Source of the DNA: Rhina ancylostomus
Lineage: Eukaryota
NCBI GenBank assembly: GCA_030265395.1
Contig: JARFYF010000062.1
Location: 959,135 to 1,023,134, forward strand
Length of the DNA stretch: 64,000 nucleotides
Reading direction: 5' to 3'
Below are positions 53,210-64,000 of this stretch, in pieces (the stretch's first letter is position 1; each line of letters opens with the position of its first letter). The position numbers were made by a program, and so were the translations under genes. A model generated the notes under the pieces. The model did not search any database. It was not told where the DNA came from and saw only the letters and a program-made list of their open reading frames with translations.

Positions 53210-53425
53210 GTTAAAAACCAAAAACCTGCAGATACTGGAGATCTGAAATATAAACAGAAAATGCTGGAAACACTCAGTGGGTCAGACAGTGTCTGTGGAG
53301 AGAGGAACAGAGTTAACGTTCCAAGTTTGACAAAGGGGTTTCGACCTGAAATATTAACTGTTCCTCTTTCCACTAATGCTGCCTGACCTGCTGAGTGTTT
53401 CCAGCTTTTGTTGTTTTTATTTACA
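53210..53425. mobile_element. Palindromic Penelope-type element, second subfamily
   Basis: ctgcagatactggagatctgaaatataaacagaaaatgctggaaacactcagtgggtcag...gttaacgtt and the inverse gacctgaaatattaactg...gctgcctgacctgctgagtgtttccagc. Confidence 0.75.
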
Positions 53426-53543
53426 TATATAGGATGTTAGGTTTTATCTTTCTTCTGTCCAATTCTTGGCAAACAATTTAAATATAAATGTAGCCCAAGT
53501 TTACAAATTCACAAGGAATCCTCCTTGGAGGCAAGGCAAGATA

Positions 53544-53560
53544 GTGACACCTAGTGGCAG
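53544..53560 (-). promoter_or_regulatory. Candidate CTCF binding site
   Basis: Minus strand ctGCCACTAGGTGTCAC, one mismatch to the core. Confidence 0.4.
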
Positions 53561-55727
53561 AGAAAACAGTGCGGCAAATCTTTGAGCTCCAAAGGTTCCT
53601 GGCAGTATCCATGGTAGCGATGGGCTTGGTACCACCACGTGCTCCCCAGCAGCACCAGCCCAGCTAATTATTCTCAGACCTCAATCCGCCACTCAAGAAA
53701 ATGAACCAACTGAGCACGCAAATCCATGGTTAATTGGCCACTGTTAATGGCCTATCCCCTAGGTGAGTGTTTTAAAGGGAGTTGATGGGAGTGTGGGGAG
53801 AATATGTTACAGGGAAAATCAGTGGGGAATAGGATTGGTCTACGAGCCCAGACAGACTCATTGGGGTGACAGCCCTCCATGTCACAGAGAAATATGGCAA
53901 TATGGCCTTCCCGACCACAAACCCTTTCGTCACCACCCCACCGCACCCAGTAAGAATAGATTGGTCTTGGAAGGAGTGCACAAGAGATTTACCGGGACAA
54001 TTCCTAGACTCCCAAGGATTAAGTTACAAGGAAGGAATACACAAATTAGGACTATGTTCATGAGGAAATAAAAGGGTGATTTTAATTACTTTTTTAAAAT
54101 AATAAATGGATCCAAAAGTGTGGAAGAAAATCAATTTCCACTGGTTGAGGAGTCTGGGACTTGGAGGAATAATCGAAAAATTAGAGCCAGCCCTTTCAGG
54201 AGTGAAACCTCTACATGTAGCTGCTGGTGGAGATTGGAACTCTCTTCCATAATCAGCTACTGATGCTGTTACCGATCATTAAATTTTAATCAGAGATTGA
54301 TAGAGATTTGCTAACAAGGGAATGGGGAAAGGCAGTCAGGTCAGGGATCGGCCATGATCTCTGAATGACGGAACAAACCTGAGGGGCTGAATGACTTCCT
54401 CCTCCAATCTTCATGTATCCTCAGTGCAGATGAGGGGCAGACAACTCATGAGGCTTAACTTGCATAAAATCCAACAGCCTCTCAATCCAGCATCAAGCTG
54501 CCTTTGGAATGACTGAGTTCTGCTTCCTATCCATCTATTCAGAGGACTGTTGTATATGAAGAAGAAATTGATGCAGGCTTTTGATGTTCTATTCCCTGTC
54601 CTAAAGTTGAGTTTTAATGTGCCCAAGGCAACCTCTACTCCTGGCTGTATTGTGATGGGAATGAATATACACAAGCTCTAGGAGAGATCCTTACATGATA
54701 AGCCAATATCCAATTGTACACACTGCTGGTAATCTTCATACAATGTCATTACGGTTACAGCAGTGAACACTTCTCTTGAAGAAATCATAATTTTTTACAG
54801 AAGCATTATTACAGTCAAACATCACCATTCAAATTCACTCATTTCTAAAGCAGCCCTGATGTAGTAAAAGACTTCAGGAAGGTTATCGGACAAAAGTAAC
54901 ATATCATGAAAGTGACTAAAAGCTCAGTCAAAGAGATCAGGTTTAAGATGGATGGAGAGGTGGAGTGATTTAGAAATGGAATTCAGGAGCTAGGAGCACA
55001 AGTAGCTGAAGGCACAGCCACCAAGCATGGGGTGGTTGAATTTGGGAAGATCCAGCACCAGAGAAACACAAAGATTTGAGTTGTTGGGTTACAGAGGTGC
55101 AACAGGTATGGGCACAGCACAATTTCGTTTTATCCACTACTACTTTTGTCTGGGTAACTGAGTTATGTTTCTCACCATTGTCTTCAGTGAACATCTGATG
55201 AACCTCGTTATTAAGGGCAATGCTTCATTTGATTGAACAAGATCTGAATTACAGTTCAAAGCGGATTTCCATGACCTAACCAGGGCAAGCCACCATCAAT
55301 ACCAACCAACACTTTTCTCCCTGTGGCGAATGTTGGAAGACCTTCAGATCATTTCTAACTCACTGACCTCTCCCCCTCACCATAACTGTGCCACTGCTAG
55401 TCCTTAGTTAAGAGAATTATTTACTTGCATAGATATCAGCTTTAAAACGGTTCCAGCTTTCCGTCAAAGAACTCAGAGAGGTGTTGAGATTGCAAGAGTG
55501 TGACTGACAGCTAAATTCGACACATGGACAGAGATTTTACACAACAGGTTGGATTACAAGGTCAGGTTTCAGTATAACTGGGAGACCTGCCGTCAGTGTA
55601 TTAGTCTCTCTGCAGTAACTGCAGTTCCTTTTTAAGCAAATATGGTATAAATAGCAAAGATCAAACCACTTTCTACTGGCAATGTTGAATAATCAATGAA
55701 TGTAGTATGTCTTTTGTCTCTCCCGCT

Positions 55728-55730
<3 letters not shown>

Positions 55731-55782
<52 letters not shown>
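55731..55782. repeat. (TC)26 microsatellite
   Basis: Perfect dinucleotide run. Confidence 0.98.
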
Positions 55783-55789
<7 letters not shown>

Positions 55790-58154
55790 GGATTCATCCA
55801 ATAAACAAGCAATCAGATCCTCAATTACCACTTCTGACAATGTACATTCCCTCTGTACAACACAAATCCAGACATTGGGGGTCAACCTCTATACATAATT
55901 CCAACTGATTTTGCATCTCTTCACATTACAACGCTGCCCTGAAATGAGTTTCTGGAGTAGGATTGAAACCTGCTACCTGCTATTGGTATCTCAACTGAAC
56001 AGATATTCACGTAAATGATCACACGAGCTGCCATTCATCTAATAGCAGGTGACGTATTGACTTTCTTTATCAACATACTATTTTCTGTTCCTGCTGTATA
56101 GCACATTATGGCTGAGCTAGACTTTCAGTCACTGATAATGAGAAACAGAAAACGGAAAGTTGTGCAGCAAAAATAATTTCTTGTAATGAATATTAAAATG
56201 AATGGACAGAGAAACAGTGGTCTGGCTACGTCTGATTTCCAAATCTGAGCTCCCACTGGGAGAGACTCAGTGCCTAAGGCATCAGTCCACAAAATTAATG
56301 CTTTCATTGAAAAGCACATGCTAACCAAAGTTTATTTGCTTGCTTTAATTCTGAGTTGACAGTAAAGGACTCTGGAGGGACAGGAACTGCTTCCTGCCTT
56401 CTCCTTCATCATGTCTTCCTGGGCAGTTCCCTTGCGTTTGTCCATATCCAAAAGGTGACTGACAATCACATATCCCTGATGTATTTAGTTAGGGGAAATG
56501 TAATTGAAAGACTTGGACGAATGGAGTCATAAGATAGACTCAATGGCCATTCTGGCCCGGCTATGTCAGCAGAGGAAATCTATGCAGACAAATGATCTAA
56601 CCAACTATTAGCCTAATGTTCGAGTGTTGATTCGTTATTTATTAAACATGAAGAAGGTTGTTACCTCTCACCACCACTTCTAGCAGTGAGTTCCAGATCC
56701 CCACCACACTTTGGGTAAAAAAAACTCATCTCCACTCTAATTACCAATTACCTTCAATCTATGTCCTTAGTTATTGATTTTCCTGACCAGGTGTCTGATA
56801 ATGTTATTCACCTCAATCAAATCTGCCCTTAATCTTGTTCGTTCCTTTAAAACTTCCCCAACCCAGCATTTGCCCTGCAGTCCTGGCAGTAGACTGCCCA
56901 GTATGATCCTGTACTGCAGTAGTCAGAGCTTTTCGTAAGTGCACTGGCAATTTTAACAGGACCTCCTTGCTGTCCCCTCCTCACCACTGCTGCTCCCAAT
57001 GCTTGAAGGGAAGACATTTGGATAAGTTCATGAATGGGGCTTTAGAGGGATATGGGCCAACACGGGAAGATGGGACTGGCTTAATGGGCACCATGGTGGG
57101 CATGGACAAGATGGGCTGAAGGGCCTGTTTCCCTGCTGTATGACTCTAAGTAACAAGCCAATGGAACTCACACCCCGAGCAACCCACTGCCCAACATGGC
57201 AGGAAAGAAAAGTCAATACACAGTCCAAGTGAACCTGGGAGGTGAGAGTAGGTTCTGGAAAGCAAAAACTTCCCTTTCCAAACAAAAAAAATCAAAGGAT
57301 ACACTGGTAACTCAGACTGAGACCAATAGATGTTGCTGTCTGATTTGTGTGCAGGCTGGAATCATCCAATTGTGCACATTCATTCAGAAGGAGCACAGTC
57401 AAGACTAATCCCGACGCAGTAGAGGGAGTGAACTGTCAAACTGCTTTTGTTCAGATGAGATGTTAGACCAAGCCCTTGGCTGGCTACTTAGGTGAATGTA
57501 AAAGAACACATATTACCAGTTAAAGATTAGAGGAAAGGCTCCCAGTTTCCTGGCCAATACTGGTCCTTCAGTTAAATATTTTAAACGGGATAAGTCTCCC
57601 AACTGCTTGAAATACACGGTCGAAAATTGTCAGTTGTTCTTAAACACATTTTAGTCTTCTTTAAGATATAAAATAAATACCATTTTGGGCATTCCTTTTT
57701 AAAATACTCTAAATGTGTACCTTTAGAATGGCAGGTTATTTTGACTAAGCACAGAAAGATTTTTCAGAACCCTGTGCTATCTTTTTTATACTGTTTTGCT
57801 ACTAAATTGCTTACATGGCTCTTGAATCAATTGGAATAAATAGCCTTGCAGAGGAAAGGTGATGGGGTCTAGTTCCCAGTGAGCGACACGTGACCAGGCA
57901 CTTGAATCCTACAGTATATTGACCGGCATCAGTACACTGTCAGACTCTCTTCAACTGGGATATCCCAAAGGTGAAATCACTTCACTTTGTCTAAAACCAC
58001 TGACACAACTCACTGTGGTTGAAATAAAGCTTCCTTCTTAATAATCAGAGTAATAGGAGAAACAAGCTGCTTAAAGAGATCTAAAATATTTTATAATCTA
58101 TTCGTTTCGACTCCAGTCCCCATACCATCATCCACTTCTCCTTTGTGTCTAACC

Positions 58155-58600
58155 ACATCGTGCCTGTCCTGGGGGTTAGTGACAGGACTCTGTAGAGCGA
58201 GGTTTATTCTGTATGTAAGCTGAACTGTTCCTGTCCTGGGAGTGTGTGACAGGAGGGAAGTTTATTTTTAAATCTAAGTCATGCTGCACCTACCCTGGGA
58301 ATGTGTGATGGAACAGTGCAGAGCGAGCTTTATTCTGTATTTAACCCATTCTGTCTCTACCCGGGGAGTGTGTTTCAGAATAGCTTAGAGGAAACTTTGC
58401 TCTGTATCTAATCTGATTTAGGTTTTTTTTAATTTTTTCTCCTTGGGAGCTTTTAACCTATGCTCCACACCATCAGTAGTGTTTAGCAAAGTGTAGAGGG
58501 AGCCTTTGTATCTCACCCATCCTGACCCTGCGCTGGCAGTGTTTGATGTGACAATGTAGAGGAAGCTTTACTCTATTTCTATCCTGGGAATGTTTGAGTT
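58155..58600 (+). repeat. Degenerate ~60-70 bp tandem repeat
   Basis: Recurrent cctgggagtgtgtga..acagtgtagag.gagctttactctgtatctaacc units. Confidence 0.75.
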
Positions 58601-60219
58601 CCTGGACAGAAACTGCTTTACTTCAACACCTCGGTGGCTGTTGGAAACGTTAGAATCAATTCCAAGCAACTGTTGAACACCCAGTACAAGATCAGATCAC
58701 GTGGCCAACACTAAACTGCTCCCAAGCCCAAATCCTAAAAGAAGCAACAAGCAGAATTCCATTAAACACAGGGGCAGAAGTTCTGTGAAGAGACAAGAAC
58801 CTTGTCACTGAGAACAAGCAATCAGCCTGTTCTCTCTACTTTACTTACCGACATAATTTTGACCCTCCTGGTCCCTGTAAACTCCTCCTATATCACCCCT
58901 TCCACTGACTCTCAGCTCCCATGTGCCATCCTCTTTCTTTGATTCACTGTGATTTTGGAATTCTGAGCTTTGGAATTTCTTCCTAGACCAACTGCCTCTT
59001 TTGTGTCGTTTCCCATCCTATACAAAGTACCTCTGCACACCCAGCATTTTTGTCTGCTCTTCCTAGCACCTTGGTCTGTATTTTTGACCATGTCTCTGTT
59101 GTGCACTCTGGACAGTTTATTGCATTGAAGGTGCAGCCCAGATGCCGCTAGTTGCTGTGGGATCTTTGTACTAAGTGGCTACATTTTCCTGCATGAAATT
59201 GGCTGCATTTCAAAAGTTATTCATTACAAGAAATGCTCAGAGGACATCCTAAAGATATTATATAAATAGTCATAAAACAGGTCCAGAAGTAATTTTATCC
59301 AATATTGATTCAGTGCCAGGAAATGAAATAAAAATGGAAACCCACTTGTTTTGGGGTCATGCAGGGCACTTTCTTTAATAGAAGTTCTTCCTTTTCTTTT
59401 TGCCTTATGTTGATCGGCTTTCACTAGTGTCCCCATCAAAGGAGACTTGATTGTTCCATTTACAGCCCTCCTCTTCAATCTGCAACTTGAACAAAACAAC
59501 CTTTGCTATGGGAGGTGTCTCCTTTTACTTGGAGAGTAAATCATGAAATAAATATATGCCAATGATCCCATTTCATTAACAGTTTTTAAAAAGTCACACT
59601 GGATCTCCTGAACACTAAGGACTACCTCCTTCAAATGCCCAGAATGATTTCAGTCAATAATTCTCAGCATTCAGGCCAAACCATGGGCTGGGTTTACAGC
59701 ATCCAAGTGGTGTCATCTTTCTGAGTAGTGAGACAGAAACCCGGGCTTAGAGGTTGCCTTATAAAGGTAACCTGAAGCAAAAACTCTGATTACTGAAGGG
59801 TGTGACAGATTTTACTCAATGAAGATGATATAACCACACATTTTGAGCTATTTATGAAGTTTGTTGCTTTAAAGTGTAACCTTTTAAAAAGAACTTCCAT
59901 TTATCTTCCCATTTTAACACCACAAAACATCCCAAGGTGTTTCCCAAGTGCATAACTGAAGTTATCTCTGAGCCACACAGGAAAATATTAGTTCAGGGTC
60001 AAATGCTTGTAGCTTTAAAACAAGGTTGGCAGGTTTGGGAAGGAGGTTCCTGCACTCAGGGAACAGACCTGGAGGCCCTGCAATGGTGCGGGAGGGATTA
60101 ACATCAGAGATGGGCAGGAGGCCACAGCTGGAGGAGAGCACATCTGCTACTGTAGTGAGGGGAATGTCTGTGTGATGTGTCAGGCAGAGGAGTTTATGTT
60201 TAGGACACTATGGGACGAG

Positions 60220-60480
60220 AGTAGGCCATTGGCCTCTACCCACTCCCCACAAGCCGTCCCACCCTCCGTGGCTCTACAACATCTCATCTCTCACATGCCC
60301 AGCACCTCCCCTTTAATTCCTTTGTCACACTCCTGTACTAGGAGGTAGTTTATAGCAGACATTTAACCTGTCAGCCAGTCTTTGGGATGTGGGAGAACAC
60401 ACAGACAGCACCTGAGGTCAGGATTGAACCAAGGTTCCCCTGGTGCTGTGAGGTATCAACACTAACTGCGATGTCACCCA
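60220..60480 (-). mobile_element. Degenerate V-SINE
   Basis: gtctttgggatgtgggag...cagacagcacctgaggtcaggattgaacc. Confidence 0.6.
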
Positions 60481-61724
60481 TTGTGGCCACTGGTGAGTTC
60501 TTGGGCTGAAGATGGTGACAGAGGCAGGGATAGGTGGGGCTATGGAGAGATTTGAAGACAGGCATGAAGTTCTGCATAGCCTGGAGATCGTGCTGGTCAG
60601 TAAACCACGAGCAATGTTGGGTGAAGGGGATCTATGTGACTGATGACACCAGCAGGAGAGCTTTGGATGAGCTCAAGTTTACTGAGTCAAACAAGAGAGA
60701 CCAGTCAGGATTGTCGAAATGATAATTTCTGGAAGTATCAAAGTCATGGACAGGAGGTTTCAGAAAGTGAGCTGAAGCAAGGTTTAGGCAATACAGGAGT
60801 GGTGCCAAGATGGTCTGAAGTTCATGCCCAGGTTAGGTCTGACACCAAGTAAACACTCCAGTCCTGTCCCAGACAGGAAGAAGGATAAGTCTTGCCCAAA
60901 GGTCCCACTTTAAAACCATTTTATTCTCACCCTGGGNNNNNNNNNNNNNNNNNNNNNNNNNNNNNNNNNNNNNNNNNNNNNNNNNNNNNNNNNNNNNNNN
61001 NNNNNNNNNNNNNNNNNNNNNNNNNNNNNNNNNNNNNNNNNNNNNNNNNNNNNNNNNNNNNNNNNNNNNNNNNNNNNNNNNNNNNNNNNNNNNNNNNNNN
61101 NNNNNNNNNNNNNNNNNNNNNNNNNNNNNNNNNNNNNNNNNNNNNNNNNNNNNNNNNNNNNNNNNNNGGGATTGGGAAAAGAGAATAGGACAGTGTGAGT
61201 GAACTGTTCAGAGAGTAAGAGTAGAAAAAGTCTTCTTATATTGGCAAGGTAACCAATGCCAGTTCACTAACAGAGATTTTATCTTCCTCCTCAGGAATAA
61301 TTTCCATTGTTGCGTGTTATCGGAGTGAATGAGAGGGAAATGTGCTGCAAAGTAGAAGAGAGACATTGAGCTAGGAAACCTTTGCAATACCCACTACTTC
61401 CCAACTTAAAACACTGCTTAAACCTTCCATGGAATAAGTTGTTGGACTTTGCTGAGAATAAATCCCAAAGTGAATACCAACTAGGGTGGCAATAGTTCCA
61501 ATTGTCTCATCTGTCCTTATTAAAGGCCCCTTGTCCCTCATCCCTTGATTACCTGAGGTTTGTGCCTCCTCTCTGTACCCAGAGAGTGAATGTCCTTGAC
61601 AGAAACGTCCAACTCAATCCTGATGAACTACAGTTCCAGTACGACATCGGCTAAAACTAAGACAAGTTGAAAGCCTAAATGTAAATCCAGAGGTTTTTTA
61701 AAGGATTGTTAACTGTTAGTCTAA

Positions 61725-62440
61725 AAGCAAATGCTACAGATATTATAAATCTAGAATAAAAAGAGAAAATACTGAAAATATGTGGCTGGTCAGATGCTTC
61801 CTGTCGATAGAGAAACAGAGTTAACATTGCAGTTCAAAGAAAGATCACCCACCTGAAATGTTAACTCTGTTTTCCTCTCCACAGATGCTGCCTAACCTGA
61901 TGTATATTTTCCATTTACATATTAGTGGTTAGTGTTTGGAGAGATTTGGGTGTCCCTGTCTCAGAGGAGGTTCTGTGCAGGTATGGAAGGTGATCCAAAT
62001 GACATTTGCTGGCAGACTGTGGTATGGGGTTATGAAAGATTTGTGGCCCTGGGATAAATTTGATGAGATCCAACATGAAAATGTGTGTTTAGTTTTGCCG
62101 TCTGAACCTCAGAGAGTGTAGAACTGCCTTGTAGCTTGTGTGGTGAGGTTTTGCTGGGTTGATCTGTGAAATGAGAGAGCCAAGGTTTAAGGAGAATGAA
62201 CTTATATCCCCTGGTAAATCAAAAAGCTACAGCTGATGGAAATCTGAAATAAAAACAAACTGCTACAAGTATTCAATAGGTCAGGCAGCTTATGTGGAGA
62301 GAGAAACACCGTAGTTAGCATTTTAGGTCGATACCTTTCATGAGAGGGTCATGAGACTGGATTCAATGAAAGGCCATCGACCTGAAACATTAACTCTACA
62401 CCTCTCTCCACTGTTGTATCAGCATTTGCTGCTTCTATTT
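61725..62440. mobile_element. Two palindromic Penelope-type elements (61725-61915 and 62215-62440)
   Basis: Each has gaaataaaa...ggtcag..gc..gagagaaaca..gtta.ca and the inverse cacctgaaa.gttaactct...ctctcca. Confidence 0.65.
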
Positions 62441-63519
62441 ATATTCTCTGGAGTTTAGAAGACTGAGGGTGGATCTTATTGAGATATATAAGACTCTGAC
62501 AAGATTGACAGGTCAAAGAATGAGGTTTTGCCTCTTAAGGCTGGAGGCATGTGCTCACAATGAGGGGCCAGACCTTCTGGCCAAGGTCAGTGGGAATGTC
62601 CTCCTGGAGGATTGGGAATCCTGTTCCACAAGGCTGTGGATGTTCAGTGGCTCAGTCCTTTCAAGCCCAAGAATGAAAGATTTGGAGAAAGGGCAGGGAA
62701 TGGCAGAAGGTCAACTGTAACCATTGTGAGTAGCATTGTGGATCGAAGGGCCTGGGGCCACTCCTGCCTCTGACTCTTCTGAAGAGCACAAAACAAACTG
62801 TGAGGATTCCCAAAGCAGCAGGGAGGGAAGAATTTGGTTCCCCAGTCGGTAATTCCCAGAACCTGGGGACAAAACACCACAGTGTGTCAATGGTTAAAGA
62901 GGATCCACACCACAACCTGGTGGTTACCACTGACACACTTCTGTTTACATGGGAAATTGCCTTTGGAGCCACCCACAATTCAAACTTCAAGATAAAAAGC
63001 CAAGGAAAGTAAAATATGTGAATGGGAAATCTGGGTTTTTAATATAAATTTTACACTTATTACCCATCTGGATTCCATTAAAGAACATGTTGAATACATG
63101 TTAAATATTCTTGGGGAAACATTGCAGAGCAATGGGATATGCTTGGCTAGGTCGTAGAGAGCTAGAAGGAACAGTGGGCCAAATGGCCTCCCCACATGTG
63201 GCAACATTTCCATGATCCTGTCTAACTCCACAATTACATGGGGATCAGGTGTGGACATCTTGTGATAACTGAACACCAGTCATTTCCACACTTCAATGAC
63301 TTGCATTATTCAGTGCCTGCTGCGGTTGAGTTTTCTGGGTTTGGAGGCTCAGGGAAGGACTGTTTCCACCACTGTTGGCACCCGACATCAGTTCACCAAT
63401 AAACCTTTGGGAATGATAGTGTTAACAGCTGCTGCACACCTCTCACATCCAAACACAGAGCATTTCATACATGCCCACAGTGTTCCTCACTCTCCAAGTA
63501 ATGCATTGTGTTGGCTAAC

Positions 63520-63955
63520 AGCTCAAGTAGTTCAGTACACATACTCCGGCCAGAGGTTCAGGTCCCACACCAGAGACTTGAGCACAAATTCCAGGCTGAC
63601 ACTTTAGTGCAGCAATGGGGCAGTGCCGGAGTGTTGGAGGTGCCGTCTTTCAAAATGAGATATCAAACCAGGTTCTGTTTGCCTTCTATGCAGATGTAAA
63701 AGTTACCATAGCACCATCTGAAGAAAAGGAGGTCCTAAGGCCAATTATTTCTCCTCCAACCAAGATCATTATAATGCATTGTTTGTTGCTTTGCATCTTG
63801 CTGTATGTGGGATCTTGCTGTGCACACATTTGCTCTTGTGTTCCCTGTGCTAAATCAGTGACTATAGTGCAGAAGGTACTTCACTGGCTGTAAACTTTCT
63901 GGGATTCTTTGAAAGGGAAATGAGAAGTGCTGGGGAAATGCCAGACCCTTCCTCT
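63520..63955 (+). mobile_element. Near-complete Deu-domain SINE (SacSINE1/AmnSINE1-like)
   Basis: ccagagacttgagcacaaattccaggctgacac...ggaggtgccgtctttc...gatgtaaaag...gtgggatcttgctgtgc...gtacttcactggctgtaaa. Confidence 0.8.
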
Positions 63956-64000
63956 CTGAACCACACGAGGAAGTGGTCCCTCCATGGAACTGTTGCTGGA

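Noticed and set aside
58841-58920. Strong minus-strand donor (G|gtaagt) as a possible upstream GFRA exon
   Set aside because: The translation lacks the expected SPYEP/RLASI-type motif. No other GFRA exon was found by eye in the window, though one could be hidden in a gap.

Overview
Eukaryotic, repeat-rich genomic DNA with many assembly gaps. The repeat content (CR1 3' tails, Deu-domain SINEs, V-SINEs, Rex1/Babar, RTE, Penelope-type palindromic ends) points to a cartilaginous fish, probably a ray or shark (inference). The only convincing host coding sequence is one 346-bp minus-strand exon (39209-39554) encoding cysteine-rich domain 2 of a GDNF-family receptor alpha (GFRA2/GFRA4-like), so most or all of the window is probably GFRA intron. 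The other ORFs in the track are TE remnants, tandem repeats or gap artefacts. Best second-look signals: (1) about 15 dispersed copies of a minimal type-I hammerhead-ribozyme-like motif in two subfamilies, mostly paired as inverted arms; (2) a solo LTR with TGTCA..TGACA ends and a CCAGT target-site duplication, with an inverted sister copy about 7 kb away; (3) minisatellites arising from the Deu-SINE core; (4) candidate regulatory elements (convergent CTCF-like sites, a palindromic TCF/LEF pair) and a possible antisense microexon. Repeat family names come from recalled consensus motifs, not database searches, and repeat boundaries are approximate.
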